A DNA stretch of 63,465 nucleotides, counting the filler, from Basidioascus undulatus (lineage: Eukaryota): NCBI GenBank assembly GCA_000826855.1. It is 12 parts of 12 records of this genome, joined end to end, with 100 filler letters (N's around TTAATTAATTAA, not from the genome) between each part and the next. Parts side by side here need not be neighbours in the genome. Positions count along the whole stretch, not along the records: positions 35,905 to 40,917 come from JTLS01002027.1; positions 41,018 to 46,030 come from JTLS01002028.1; positions 46,131 to 51,138 come from JTLS01002029.1; 9 more parts are not named here. One strand, written 5' to 3'. Below the pieces are notes generated by a model. It searched no databases. It worked only from the letters and a program-made list of their open reading frames with translations, and was not told the DNA's origin. Numbering within the stretch: position 1 is the stretch's first letter; each line of letters starts with the position of its first letter. The position numbers and the translations under genes were made by a program. Positions 35,805 to 49,702 of the stretch are shown here, in pieces.

Positions 35805-38800
35805 NNNNNNNNNNNNNNNNNNNNNNNNNNNNNNNNNNNNNNNNNNNNTTAATTAATTAANNNNNNNNNNNNNNNNNNNNNNNNNNNNNNNNNNNNNNNN
35901 NNNNGGTCGACTCGGCGGTGGGGGAGGGGCAGGGCGGCTTGGGATTCGGGTTCGGGGGTGGGGCAGGGGCAGGGACGGGTTGCTTGGTGGCCATCGGTGG
36001 ATATTATGATCGTGTGCGGCGCGTGGGTCTTCTATGAGCGCGACATAGGATGAGGACGGGGATGGGGAGGTGGATGGATGGATGGAAATGATGCGATGCC
36101 GGATGGTCAGGAGTCTCGAGCCTGGCCTCGCCAGCGATGAGTGAGGCGCCCAGCGGAGGATGAGGTTGAGGCGGGGCAAGGCGGGGGAGATGTGTGGGGC
36201 GCCGTGCAAGGAAGACCTCCCGGCTCGGCGAGTCGGCAGGTCATGCTCCGCGGCGGGGGACCTCCACTTGCCGGTTACTTTGCGACTTTCACTGCAGACT
36301 GCGAGGAGTTGATGGATTGCTGTTGAGGAGATTCATAGACTGCTAGTGACAGAGGAGCGGCAGGATCTTGAATGTCTGCTCAGGATGATAAGTAACCCCC
36401 TTTGCCAGGAGGACCGCTAGCGACTTCCGTCCGGAGCGAGCAGTACCTTTACCCCAGCCCGGCAGCATAAAATTCCAGCCCCCTCCAGTCCCAAGACTCC
36501 GCTCATGTTCCTCTTCCTCTTCCTCTTCCTCTTCCCCAATTTCCCAAGAGTCAAGACTACCTCTGGATACTCCGACTTCCAACTAGACCTCAACTTGCAA
36601 GATGTTTGAAAGTCTTCCACCACCCAACTGCGTCCCAGTTCCGGATCGACCCGATACGGCACAGCCTGTGCTTCAGACTTGTTTAGACGAACGTTCTAGC
36701 TCTATTTGGGAGAGTAATTCACCTGCCCCACAGGATGCTCCTGGCGCTCCTGCTTCTACCGAAGTCATGTTGGTACCCCCGTGCAGCGCGTGCAGTTTTA
36801 AAAAGGGTTCTCTCATGAGAAAACGCAGGTGTTCGGGCTGCTGTAGGGCGAGCGACGATGGCAGTCCGCGTAGAATGGGTCTGTCCTTTATCAAACACAT
36901 TCTGTGATCGCCTATGCTGCTGTTTGCGACCAGCCCAAACGAGGAGGAACAAGGCCGACGGGCGCGAGCTAAGCACTTCCTGCGGCAACATCGAAGCCTG
37001 CCGAACTGAGTACGAGAAAGCTTCGCCTTGAACAAGACGTAAGATCTCCGACTGACCCCGCTAGATAGCATAGCTTCATACAAGCAACGTGCAGCTGTAG
37101 GTATCTAGATTGCCAGCTGTTAGCCCCTGTGCTGCCCCAAGCCTGCCAACAATCAACATACCACTGTTTTCTCGCAGGTGTTGTTCCCATAGTCGTTGGG
37201 CATCGCAAACGCTGCGGGAGTATGAAAAGCGGTGGACCGTATTTTCAATTCCCTACGGGGACAGAATCGAAGGTTGTTGAAGGGGAAGGCGAGGGAGGAT
37301 CGCGTAAGGCAGGGGAGAGGGGGTGATGGCGTGCCAGTTGGTACTCCTTAGACAGCGGGCCTAAATGCTTGGAAAACACCAACCCACCTACCCCACAGAC
37401 AGGCAGTGAGGCGGGAGGGAGGAGCCCGAGCGGGAGAAAGCTAAACAGGGGATCTTCAGGCACCTACGGTGGACGTGGACGTAGGCGTGCTTAGAGGGGA
37501 ACACTGTGTGCGTGGAAAGACGTTTTGAGAGGTGAAAGTGGCAGCAGGTCAGCGTACTGGAATGTAGACCTGACCCAACAGCGCAGTGTGCAACCTAGCT
37601 GCAAGCAGCGCCGATTTCGCGTGACTTCGGTGAGCCATGGGATACCTACACATCCGAGCTCCAAATGCGGGATTTTTGATTCGTATTCTGGTACCACAAG
37701 TCAGAGGCTGGCTTGTGCTCATGTGTGGAACATCAATACTGTGTCGGTGCAGGCGGGAACGACACTCGACCAATTCATAGTCTTGCAATTCAATGTCGCA
37801 CGTCTAGATGAAGAGAGAAGACCGCTACTAGTTCAGGAAGCGCGGAGCCGATCTTTCACACCTCGACCGCCGGAGTACCCTGATAGTGATGGTTGCTGAG
37901 AGGAGTTGAGAGGACACAGAACTCAGCTTGCAGCGGCTACTGCTCGTCCGGATCCGACGAACGTCCGATCATCTTCTTAGAAAGATCTACCCATCGTTGT
38001 TCATCAATTTCGTGGGAGGTCTGGACTTTGACTTTTCGCCTTTGTTGCATCCCGATGCTTCTTCCAGAAAGAACATCTTGAAAGTGGCGACAGCTGCAGG
38101 CTGTCCACAGGTCCAGCATGTCAAGCGAGGGCACTACGCGGTCCACATCTCCCGACCTTGACTTCTTATTTTCAACGCTCACGTTTGTTGTCCAACTCAC
38201 AAGTGGCCGATGTTTATACGGGACTAATTGGCGCACTTCAGCGAATTGCCCCCAGCAAGCGCCGACGGAAGGCCCTGCACTTTGAAATTGCTGCCTACCA
38301 GCCCAGCTGACAGTTGCCTGCCCCGGATACCCTGGCGCCTGGCAGGGTGATTAACACATCTCAGCACCCGACGACCCTGTTCGCATTCTGTCTCGCCTCA
38401 CCACCTTCACCATCACCATCGTCCCGCTGCTCATCGTCCCCATCCGCGCCGGCGATCACGCCTATCCATACCAGCAGCAGGTCCACCTACGCCGACACCG
38501 CTCCGTATCGCGCAGCTCCTCTCGGGTGCGGCAGGGCGATAATTGCGGCGACCCGACGACTCGGAAACGCTGCCCCGCTCTCCTCCCACTCCAACCCGAA
38601 GCTGTGAGTAGAGTAGATCCGCGCTCGTCCTGCCTGCGCACGGCTGTTTGGATTTTGGGTGATGGAAGGATGGAACCCAAGCTGTGAACGCGTGTGCGCG
38701 GATGCCCAGCTATACCGGTCCGTCTGGTACGTGTTCGACTCGAGCAGAACGCTGGTCTGGCTGCCGTGTGTCTTCGGAAGCCGCTCCTTGCTCGACGCGC

Positions 38801-38946
38801 TCGTCTTCATCGCTTGCCCTTCCCGCCATAACGTTTGATCGCCCTCTCTTTCCCAGCGACCACACTCTATGAATTGAGCCCGCCTATGGCCACTCATAGA
38901 CCGTGATCGATCTGCCCGCCCGCCCCTCCCTTCCGCCCCCGGCGCG

Positions 38947-40917
38947 ATGGACCCGTCACAGCCCCCTCTGCACCATCAAAACCCGCACCAGCAGCGTGTA
39001 TCGCCGTACGCGGACCTTCTGACGCCGTCCCAGTACTGTCAGTTTCCCTTCCTGGAGGCGCTGCGAGATTCTTTTCCCTGTGCATACCACTCACTTCGCA
39101 CCCCCAGACCCGTCTTCCCTCCTCCCCTCGACCACCTGTGCGCCCTCCGCTGCCGCTCCCGCGAGCAGGACGACGGCGCCCACGACGTCCTCGTGGTTCG
39201 CGGACGAAGTCAAGAACCTCTTCCCGCCCGAGAACCCCGCGCCGGACGTCTGGTCCCCGTACGGCTTCGAGCCGAACCCCTTCTCGCTCTTTCATGCCTC
39301 CTCGGGGCGCTTCGCGTCCCTGCTCGAGACCAAGTTCGGCGCGGGCACGACACCCGCGCACTCGGCCTCGGAGGACCCCGTTGACGGCATATGGGGCGGC
39401 GCCGCCACTGCCGCTGGGGCTGGGGCGGGCGCACCGACAGCGGGCGGCCCGGACGACTGGCCCCAGGACTGGATGAGCGTCGACACGGCCGCGGTCGCGG
39501 CAGTCGCGGCGGCGGGCGTGCCGGCTGTCGCAGCGGGTCAGAGCGCATGGCCCTCGCAGATGCCTGCTGCCGTCGCCCAGCTGGGCAATGGCGCCCATGG
39601 CGGCTCGAGCAGGATGACGAGCCGGTTTCTGGCCCTGCTCCAGGCGAAGCTCACGGCGGATGAGCAAGCGAAGAACGCTCGCGTGGGGTATTCGGCTCTC
39701 TCAGGTGCGCACTCCTTTGCTGTTTCCCTGGTATAGCGGTGCGTGTGAACTTGTGTATCCGTGCAGACGCCCCATCTCCCCCGACCACCTCCTTCTACAA
39801 CTCCGGACTCCCGACGCTCCCGACCTCGGCGCAACCTCGTGCGACCCTTCTCCGATACCTTCCTACTGCTTATCCCTCATTGATTCTTCTCTTCCAACAG
39901 CTGAACATCAGCCCCCTCCGCCCATCAACTACCCCTACCCCTCATCAGGCCTCGGCATTTGGGACTCGCTCTCGCCGTTCACCACGCCGAGCGACTCCCA
40001 GCCGCAGCATGCGCACCAGCACCAACAGCACCAGCAGCAGCACCAGTCCACGACTCCCCAAATGTCGACTCAAACACCGGCGCTGTACATGGTGCGCTCG
40101 TATCAGCCCCTTTGGCCGGCGGGCCTTTCCACTTATTCGACCTACTTCGTTCTCTATAGCCACAGCAACCTCCGCCTCCACCTCTACCTCCCTCTCAACC
40201 CAAACCCCAACATCAACACCAACACCAACCTCAGCCGCAGCCGCAGCCGCAGCCTGAGCGCACCTCGCCCACCCTCTCCCCCTTTCCCTCCTCGCTCAAC
40301 GCCCCGCGCTTCGCATCCTCCTACCCCGTCGGCGCCCCCTACGCGCCTCCCGCCTCCCAACAGTCCGCTCCGGCAAACCCCGGCCTCGTCCCTCCATCTC
40401 GCCCGCTGCCCCAGCAGGCGGTCGCCGGCCCCTCCGCCAGCCCCGCCGCGGCATCGACATCTGCCCTTCCTTCTTCACCCTCGCCTGCTTCCGCTCCCGC
40501 TCCTACACCTGCCACGCCTGCGCCTGCGCCGACGCAGAAAACCGGCAAGGGCAAGGCGAAAGCCGCCCCGGCGCCAAACGCCGACGCCACCCCGTCCATC
40601 TCCGCGCCCGCCGCGGCTATGGCCGCAACGGATTCGCAGCAGTCTGCGGGCACTCCTGAAAAGCCTCGGATAGCGTGCCACTTTTGCCGCGGTTCGTGCC
40701 ACTGCCCATCTTCTCCTCATTTACTCGGCGGCTGATCCAGTTTCTCACCCTACACAGGTCGCAAGCTGAAGTGCGACGGCCAAACGCCCACATGCGGGCA
40801 CTGCGCGCGCCGGCAGCTCGTCTGCACGTACGATGCGGTCCTACGGCGGCGGGGGCCCGGCAAAAAGACGAAGGAGAAGGCGGCAGCCGCCGCCGCCGCC
40901 GCCGCGGACGCTGTGGC
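38947..40917 (+). CDS. Zn(II)2Cys6 transcription factor with cluster after a long low-complexity region (truncated by gap)
   Basis: RIACHFCR/GRKLKCDGQTPTCGHCARRQLVCTYDAVLRRRGPGK across an intron near 40692-40757; upstream Q/P/A-rich exons. Confidence 0.88.
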
Positions 40918-41017
40918 NNNNNNNNNNNNNNNNNNNNNNNNNNNNNNNNNNNNNNNNNNNNTTAATTAATTAANNNNNNNNNNNNNNNNNNNNNNNNNNN
41001 NNNNNNNNNNNNNNNNN

Positions 41018-42640
41018 CCACCCGATCCGGCTGCCATCGACCCAGCCTTCGGCAACGGGGGGCGGGCGCTGGGGGAGGAGGAGGAGGAGGTGGGGGAGCA
41101 GCCGAGGACGGTGGAGGACTTCTTTGGGGCCGGGACCCGGGACGCGCGCGGGCAAGGCTAGGGAGGTGGGGATGAGGGTGGGAGGAAGTGCAAATAAGGA
41201 AGTGAGGTGGAGCCCGATAGAGACGCGGGAGATCACGCTCCGTCCTTCCGCGGGCCTTCCTCCGCCGCATTGCGATGTGCCAGTACAACATGACACCGAC
41301 TGGGAGACGCTCTTCCGCCAAGTCCAGGCGCTCAGCCCTCGAGCCCCCGCCCCGGCCGCCTCGCAGCTGCCGGCGTGCGTCAATTCTGCCGCCTTGTCGG
41401 GGGCTGTCGAGCCCGCACCGGCTCCACCGCCTGCGCAGCTTCTCCCCCCGTCGAAGCACCAGCAGACCTCGTCTCGGCCCCGGCGCACAATGCAGGGCCG
41501 TCCGCCCAGCCGGAAGCGCGCGCTGCGAACGCTGATCTGAAGGTCGCTCGCCCTCAGCCGAGCAGCGAGGCCTCCCCTTCCAGATGCAGAAGAGCTTTGA
41601 CCCAGCTGCCGAAGCGGGCGCGCTGCTGCATTCGATGCGCTTGGGGGAGGACGACCGCGGCGCTGGCGCTTCGGATGGCGGCCGTCGTAGTCGCAGCGCC
41701 CAAGTCTGCGCGGATGACGAGACCATCGAGCAGCACGACGGCCCGCCGCCGTGCAGGCTCACAGGCGGGCCCGTCGCGTTCCGCCCTGGGGCGTCAAGCG
41801 GCGCGAGGTCGTCTTGCCCAAGCTCGTCAAGGGGCCGCTGGTGGATGGGGTGGGGTGCCGCAAGGTGCGCGATCCTCCTCCCTTTCCCCTCTCCCACTTT
41901 ACCATGTAACAGGGGGAGCTGACGCAGTCTTGCGACACGTGGATCAGGCGGAGTCATCGCCGTCCTCCCGTCTGTGATCCTCCACGCGCCCGACGCCTTC
42001 CTTGCCGTCCTGGACGCGCTCGAGGCCCACCCGCACTGGCAGGTGACCATACACCCACAGACGCCTCTACGTCTGCCGCGCCATCCTCTTCAAAGCCGTC
42101 GCGTCCAAGTCGAGGCAGGACAAGCCTCTCCTCCGGGCTGCGTGCGTCCCCTCCTTCCCTCTCTCTCTCCTTCTCCCCCTCTTTTCCGTCTAACCACCTC
42201 ACCCCACTCCCCTGCAGGGCTCCAAGTCCACTCTCGAAATATCCCTCCTCCTCTCCTCCCTCTTCAAGCAGCTCAGCCTCCCCCCTCCCCTCCTCCCGGC
42301 AGAACACCCGCCGCAGCATGCCTGGCTCTCGCGCCAAACACACGACATCGCGCCCTCCCGCGCGCGCGCGGACATGGCCCAGCTGCTTGATTCCGACGCC
42401 CCCCCATGGGGAGGGGTCAAGGACAAGTACGACGAGCGCGCGCCGTGCCCTGCGGTGCGGGAGACGGTGCGCCGCCTGCGCGAGCGCGGCGGAGGAAGGT
42501 GGAGGAGGTGGGGCGTGCTGGGACTGGAGAGGGACAAGGAAAAGTGGGGGGAGGCGCAGGGGGTACGTGAATGGTATTTGCTAGCCGTGACGGTACGCTG
42601 CTTATGGAAGATGGAATTGCGATGGGGTAGATGGAGGTTT
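41018..42640 (+). CDS. 3' part of a hypothetical spliced gene, apparently frameshifted
   Basis: Protein-like segments (HDTDWETLFRQVQAL; GGVIAVLPSVILHAPDAFLAVLDALEAHPHWQVTIHP; RWRRWGVLG) in different frames with splice signals. Confidence 0.35.
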
Positions 42641-43160
42641 GGACGCCGGAGATGCTGCTGGAGGTGTTGAATGGGGAGGAGGCATCTTGGAGATGAGGAC
42701 GCTGAGAGCGCTTGTTTATGCATCGCTTGGTTTCTTGGTTGCTTGATTGTATATCCACGTTTGTAAGACTTGCTCGGCTTTATTTCTGGTGTACGAACAC
42801 TGCCAGTTGTTGTTTACCCTCCATGCCCTTTCTGCTGCCATGCAACCTCCGAAGCTGATTGCTAGAACGTTCCAATGTATCATGAATCTCGTCTGCAGTT
42901 TAAAATGTTTGACGTGTCCTGGCTCTGAGTGTGGAAGACGAAAGTTGATCGCTCTACAGGTTGGACAGGTGAGACTGGCGCGTCGTCGACAACCCCGACA
43001 TGTGCGTACTTGCCAGCCCGGGCCATTTGCCTGGTTTGATGTGTCAGACTGCCAGGCGGTGCGAGGATTCAACTCGAAAGGGGTCACGCCATGCCCGCCT
43101 GAGTACTGGCACACCGGAATGAGCACGCAGCCCGCATCGGCATAAATAAGTTCATGTCCC

Positions 43161-46030
43161 TCAAACGCTGTTCAAAGCCATCGGCAAGTCGAGCTGCGAT
43201 AGATCGAACGGCCCGACGCTGACCTCCTCGACAAAGTGGGACGAGAGGAGCGCGTCGAGTGGCCACGAGTCTTCCACCACACAACTAAGTCAGCATTCCG
43301 CATTTCAGGTGGGCGAACAGGGAAGAAAAGGGAAGCACTGAGTTCTTCGGTCGTCATTGTTGCGGGGTTGGTATTCTGTAGGACGCGGAGCGTGTTGGAT
43401 GTCGGGCTTTGCGTGGTCGGCGGGGGAAAGATGGGATGGAGACCGCGGGATTTGGGGCTCATTCCTGTGCGGGCTCGATTCGATTAGCCATCTCCAGAAA
43501 GAAAGGGACGCGGCAGAGACAGCAGCGCAGCGCACCGCCTTGAGAGAACCGGCGGAGGATGCCGCGGTCCGGCAAGGAGATGAACGTCTCGACCTTATCG
43601 GACGTGATGGAGAAGTCGACGTCGAGTCCTTGTGCGCGCTGCTCGAGCACCTGTAACCCACGCCACCACCTAGTTCAGCTCCCTCCCCTCCCTTCCCCAT
43701 ATTGCAAGGACAGACCACGCACGCTAACGATGTACCCCAGCCCGGCCCAGTACTCCTCCATGCGCTTGAGCGCCTTGAGCAGCACGCCGAGGTTCTGCTG
43801 CGCGAGCGTGGACAGCATGCGCGCGTCCGACCCGGAGTCCTTGCTCGAGTGCGTGCGCGCCTCGTGGATGAACGCGCAGCCGGCGACGAAGATCGGCTGG
43901 GAGAGGAAGGGCGTTGCGGTGTAGGATTCGGCGCTGAAGAGGTCGGCTGGAGGGGCGTGGAGGGAGGTGAGCGACGCCGTCCGGGATAATGCCGGCAGGA
44001 CGATAGCTGTGAGGGAGGGAGAGTAGGAAGCGAGAAGGAAACGTACCGAAGACGAGGCACTCGCAGATAGCCCGCGAGGACGCAAGTGATAGAGAAACGG
44101 AGCGGTTGGCGTGCAGCTGGACGGGCATGTCGCCACCATCCGGGGTGTTGAGGAGCGTTGGGTGTTGGACGAGGGCGAGAACGGCGTTGGCTGCCGTAGT
44201 TGTGAGCGTCAGCAGCAATCTCGTACAAGAAGATGCTAGGGAAAGGGATTTACGCCAGAGATGCAAGAACAAGAACAAGCCCTGCACATTCCCCGTTCAG
44301 CTTTGTCCATCGCCCACTTTCCCCCAGCGTACCAATCAACTCACAGCCTGGTCCGCCGCCGCATAAGCCTTCAAATTATCCACGGTCCACCTCAAGCCCG
44401 CCGGCAATCCCCCATAAAACTCGATCAGCTGCGCCTGCAGTAGCTGCAGGCCCTCCGCGCCGACGCCGACGTGCGCGGAGAGCGGGGGGGCGCGGCGGCG
44501 CTGGCCGTTGAGCGTATCGGCGATGCGGCCGCAGAGGACCATGAGGCGTACGACGGAGGGGAAGGCCGAGGGCGGGGAGAGGAGGTTCGGCGGAGGGGGA
44601 AGGTCAGTGTCTTCGGGGAGCGGGAGCTCGATCAGGTCTTCGCTTATTGTGACGGGCCGGCCGGTCCCGAAGGCGAGGACGCGGTCCTGGGAGAGGGAAA
44701 GGGAGTGAGAAGGGGTGGGATGGTGGGAAGTGGGATAGACGGAGACAGACCATAATGAAGAGCGACCAGAAGAGGAGCCGCGCCCGGCGCGCTTCTTCGG
44801 GGGTCTCGAACAGAGAGTCGTCTCGGCACTGCCGCAGACGTGTTATCAAACACAACGAGTTGTTTTTAGAAGACACAAGAACTACCTTGTGCAAGCCCAA
44901 GTCAAGCGCCACTGCACGAAAGAGAGATCTCAGCTTCGGAGCCGTTGCGAGAAAGACAGTCGCGAGGAAGACGCACTGCGTATCGCCATGCCTGCCCGAT
45001 CAAGCGATGCATCCTCACAGATCAGCGGTAACCTTAACAGCTAGTCGAACATTCACGACATACCGCTAAATTGCTATTCCCACCCCCAACCCTTCACGTC
45101 AGCACCCCACACTCTTTCTCCTTTCACCTCCCGCCCTCCCATGCCCCCTGCCGTTCGCAGACTCACCCACAGTCCGCTCTCCGAATTCTGCACGCGCCCA
45201 CAACCAAACCAGGAATAAGCCTCCTGCACCTGAGGTCGGGGCAGAAAGAAGACGCAGCCGCACCTGCCCAAACTCGCACCAGCTTAAAAGCAGCAAGCCG
45301 ACGACGACGTCCGTGGATGGGAGGCGCAGGAGGGAGACGACGAGCTCGTTGGCTTTTTCGACGAAGACTTGGCCGGCGTCCACTGCGTGCAGGGAGGGCG
45401 GGAAATGGATGTTAGTGGGCGCGTGGGTGGTGGAAGGGGGGTGAGGCAGAGGGAGGGGGCAGGCGCACCGGATTTGATTTTCGGTGGGGTGGGGGCGAAG
45501 CTGCAGTGTACGGGAACGCGTGAGGGGAAATGAGGTGGGAGGTGGAATAGGCAAGCGTCGAATTGGACGGACCGAGCGGAGACGGCACATATTGCTATGT
45601 AATTTGAAAGGAAGACGCATAAAAGCCAGTCAGCGTTTCAGTCCGCGCCTCACCTTAAGCCTCGCCCAAGCTAAGCGCGCCTTACCCGACAACAAAAAAG
45701 CGGACATCGTCCCGTCCGCCAGTCGTCCCTCCATGCTCCCCCTCTCAAGGAACGGCCAGTGCTGCCCGAAGTACTTGAAGAACCTGTCGAGCAGCGGGCG
45801 GTACACGGAGGGCAGGGGGAGGTCCGAGATGGGGTCGAAGACGACGGGCGGGAGCGGCCCGCCCGGCGAGGATGCGGGCGAGCGCGCGCCGCTGCTGCGC
45901 CTGTTGCGGAGCTTGAGGCAAATCCGGTTCAGGCCTGGGTGGATCGCGGAGGGGCCGGACTGCAGGAGCGGGGGGATGAGAAGGGGTGAGATGGAGGAGG
46001 GAGAGGAGGGGGAAGGGATCACGGTCATGC
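43161..46030 (-). CDS. Fungal-specific transcription factor (Fungal_trans middle homology region), 5' end missing
   Basis: LLDRFFKYFGQHWPFL, GLLLLSWCEFG, GMAIR/ALDLGLH, EEARRARLLFWSLFIM/DRVLAFGTGRPVTI, LKRMEEYWAGLGYI; last exons uncertain. Confidence 0.88.
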
Positions 46031-46176
46031 NNNNNNNNNNNNNNNNNNNNNNNNNNNNNNNNNNNNNNNNNNNNTTAATTAATTAANNNNNNNNNNNNNN
46101 NNNNNNNNNNNNNNNNNNNNNNNNNNNNNNCCTCGCCCGCTCTCCAGATCCCCCTCCCCCCTCCTCCCCACCACAG

Positions 46177-46901
46177 AACCTCGTCCAGCTCGCCGCGCAC
46201 TCCACGCTCTCGACCTTCCTCGCGCTCAACCTCCTGCCCACGCTCACCGCGCTCCAGTCGCGCAAGTGGGGCGACGACGACCTCGTCGAGGACCTGTCCT
46301 TCCTCGTCGACCAGCTTAAGGAGCGCTTCGCGAGCGCAAGCAACTGGGACGCGTACAAGAGCGAGCTCGACAGCGGGCTCCTCCACTGGAGCCCCGTGCA
46401 CCGCGATGAGGGGTTCTGGAAGGAGGAGGGCGGGAAGCTAGCGGAGAGGGATGCGGAGGGGCTGAAGTGAGTGCGGCGGTGTGAGAAGGGGCGGAGACGA
46501 GGGGGGGAGAGACTGATGAGGTTGGGGTGCGTGGTAGGAAACTCGTCCATCTCCTCAAGACCAGCAACGACCCCACCGTCCTCGCCGTAGCAGCGCATGA
46601 CGTGGGGCAGTTCGTGAAGCACGTCGAGCGGGGGAAGCAGTGTGTCCCCGTCTCCCCTCCCCTTCCCTGCCTTTCCCTTCCCTTCCCTTCCCTTCCCTTC
46701 CTTTCCGTTTCCTCCCCCCTCCCGTGTTTATCTGTTCGGTCCCATGCTGATGGCCTCGTACGATGTGAACGCGACAGGCTCGTCACCGATCTGAGCGCCA
46801 AAACGCGCGTGATGGAGCTCATGCAGCACGAGTCTCCAGAGGTCCGGTACGAGGCGCTCGTCACCACCCAACGCCTCGTCTCGCACAGCTGGCAGAGCTG
46901 A
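46177..46901 (+). CDS. VMA13: V-ATPase V1 subunit H, 3' exons
   Basis: RKWGDDDLVEDL, WDAYKSELDSGLLHWSPVHRDEGFWKE, DPTVLAVAAHDVGQFVK, KTRVMELMQHESPEVRYEAL. Confidence 0.95.
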
Positions 46902-47399
46902 GGAACTCACCCGCCCTTTGTGCGTCCCTCGCCGTCTCTAGTGCGTGTCTCGCAGCTGACCTGAAGTACGGCAGTGATCGCTGGATCTCTTTTCGTCGCA
47001 CAGCCATCGTTTCTCGCACTACCTTTTCATTATGCATCGCCATCGCTAGTTCTCGATCGCTAGTCGTCTTTACTCTCTCTCGCGCGCCTGCGCTATATAC
47101 CTGATTTCTCTTGGCCACTGCGTGCGCTTGGAACTTGGAAAACTGTTGTTTCAGAGCCTTTGCCGCGGCGGCGGCTGGCGGGCAGGGAAGAAGTCGCTTG
47201 AAAGCGTACGCATCCCTCCGTGCTCGCGCCATACATGTGCGTTCGGGACTCGTAGACCTTCGGAATGTATCACACAGTAAAACCTGCCTCTTTCGGCTTT
47301 CAGAGACCGCAAAAAAATACCAAAAAAAAAGGCACGAATGCAAGGGTATTTCTTTTCATGTACGAACAGAGCCACTCTCGAATCATAATTCCCTATTAC

Positions 47400-48384
47400 C
47401 TTCCTATTCCCCGCTACGGCGCAGACTCCCCAGCCGCTACGAGCCCGTCCCCGCGCAGATCAAAGGCCACGAAGCCCCTTTCCGCCAGTTTCGCGAGCAG
47501 ACCGTTCTACAGTCCCACAAAATTCCGGCTGGTTTTCCCTGGTTTGTCTCGCGGGCGCGGTGTCGGAGCAACGTCGTCGTCGATTTCGATCGATGACTTC
47601 ACGCCGCAATCGAGGCGAGGCAAAATCATGTGCGCGATGGGCTTCCAGTGAGATTCGTCCTCAGAAGCGCCGATGATATACTTCAGCTGCTCCAGGTGCC
47701 CAAAAAGTGAAGCGAGCTTGTTGATTGGATTCCTCGCAGGTATTGTAGATCGTGAAAGAGCGCAGGCGACCCAGCGTGGATAGAAGAGGGAGGATCTCCG
47801 AGGGTGGGTGTCGGGCGGTACGCCCAGGCACAGGGTGACCCGGGTTGACTAGCAGAGGAGGGAAAGTTGCTTAAGACGTGAATACAAATCTCGCAGATAT
47901 CGCCGTCCGTTTCAAGGACGCGCAGGGTGCGCAGCTGTGTGAAGAAAGTCAGCACGGCGGGCTGCGCGATCCTGTCGAGCACGACGTAGTCCGAACGCGG
48001 AGGACGCTCGATGGAGATCAAGACTGTTTGAACGAGAGATCCGAGATGATCCCCGCCGAAATGCTGAACGGTAAGAAGGCGCAGCAGAGTGTCCATCCGT
48101 TTAGGCGATTCGAACAGAACCGTGCGCCACAGCAACGGGCGAGCGAGTCTCTGGAAGCGCCTGTCATCAATCCGTCGTGAGCGAAAGTCCGGAGACAAAA
48201 GCAGAAGATGACGAAAGTTCCAGCGCATGCACACCTTGAAAATGCAGCTCTTCGTGTACGAAATGTGGGGTAAGCGCCAGAGCTCCTCCTCGGTGTGGAC
48301 GCGGCAGGAAAGCGAGACAATGTCGGCGTTGTCATCCTTCGCCAGCTCGAAGATGCGCAGCCAGATCTCGTCAGGAAGGTACAT
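47400..48384 (-). pseudogene. F-box gene, disrupted downstream
   Basis: MYLPDEIWLRIF...RRFQRLARPLLWRTVLF; ORF stops at 47683 while protein-like text continues in another frame with further stops. Confidence 0.6.
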
Positions 48385-49076
48385 TATAAAAATACAGAAA
48401 ACGTTTTACGATTTGATGGATGGGTGAGCTGAAGGTTGCCAAGGACGATGGTGGTGGTCGGATGTCAAGGGGCGGATGGCGAGAATGCTGTCGGAGAGTC
48501 CGGGGATCTGGGCAGACCCAAACGGGCGGACTCCGACCTGTGGTAGGCACGAGCTCTGTCCCCTTTTCTGTGCCGCTGGCTCTTAGCAGAGCGAGGCTAG
48601 ATCTGCTTGGAAACTTCGAATGGCCAAAGACTCTACCGACAATATGTGTTTTCGCTTTATTCTGATGACTCCATTTGTTGAGTAGGGACCTGGAGCAATG
48701 AGGCTGTGTGTGCAGTAATAGAAACTTGACCCAATTAAGGCCGGGAGGAAAACCAGGAAGGTGATCTATTGGGCAGCTTACTGGCAGCAATGCAGTGTTT
48801 CCCTTCGAAGGTCCACCGGTGCAGGTGCCACAGGAGACTGTGCCAGGTTTGGGTGTTTAATACAAGAGTATGTCAGCACACACTATGCCTTTGCAGTTCT
48901 TCTTTTTCTCTGGGGCCTATAATGCGGCACACAAATGTCATATCATCAATACAGATGTTGACATGTCATCAACACAGCAGCCTGGAAGGCACATAGGTAA
49001 TGTGGGTACCAATTGCAGTTCTGCTGTCATTCCTTCACTCGACTAAGGTATCTCTAGAGTAAAAAGAAAGTAAAAA

Positions 49077-49148
49077 TAGCTTGATCTGGTTTCGATCCAG
49101 AGACCTGTGGGTTATGAGCCCACCGCGCTTCCCCTGCGCCATCAAGCT
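49077..49148 (-). tRNA. Initiator tRNA-Met(CAT)
   Basis: A1:U72 pair, GGG/CCC at the base of the anticodon stem, T-loop ATCGAAA (A54/A60) diagnostic of eukaryotic tRNAiMet; T5 terminator downstream. Confidence 0.96.
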
Positions 49149-49702
49149 GAGGATGGAATACATGTGATTATATATTACAAGTTCCCAGAATATCGGGGGG
49201 CGGGTCTGGCAGAAGCCTTTCCGCATCCAAACATTGCTGCAGAATATACGGGATGTGTTATACGAGGAAAGCAAATTTGCACGAGGCGTGACCAGGGTCA
49301 AAAGTCAAGCTCGAAAGCCTGATGCCTTCCAGGGCCTTTCTTCTTACATTGACAGACAGATTGTTTGTGGGCGTAATAGGCTCAGACAAGGGAATCAAAG
49401 TGATAAGGATCAAGGTTTATGTAGACCAAAGCATGGTCCACTAGGTGGGGATGCGTGCGCCACTCGCTGGGGCTGCACAGTCGCTCTGCACGGGCATCTC
49501 CCATTGCAAGCGTGCTTGTGAGGACATGAAATGCAAGTCTCTTTCTCTAATGCGAAAAGTTACGATCGTGATCTGCACGGCACATCAATCTGTCATGAGC
49601 GAAAGTCTGGAGACACCAAAAGCCTGAGACCACAAGATGACAAAGATTCCAGTTTTTGCACACCAGGAAGATGCTGGTCTTCACGTAGCGCGTGGAGTGA
49701 AC

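Noticed and set aside
36400..38240. Fragmentary ORFs in a lower-GC region
   Set aside because: No transposase, RT or other motif recognised; cannot call a mobile element or gene.
40917..46030. Zn2Cys6 gene and Fungal_trans gene as one protein or a cluster
   Set aside because: Different contigs and opposite strands, separated by a linker.
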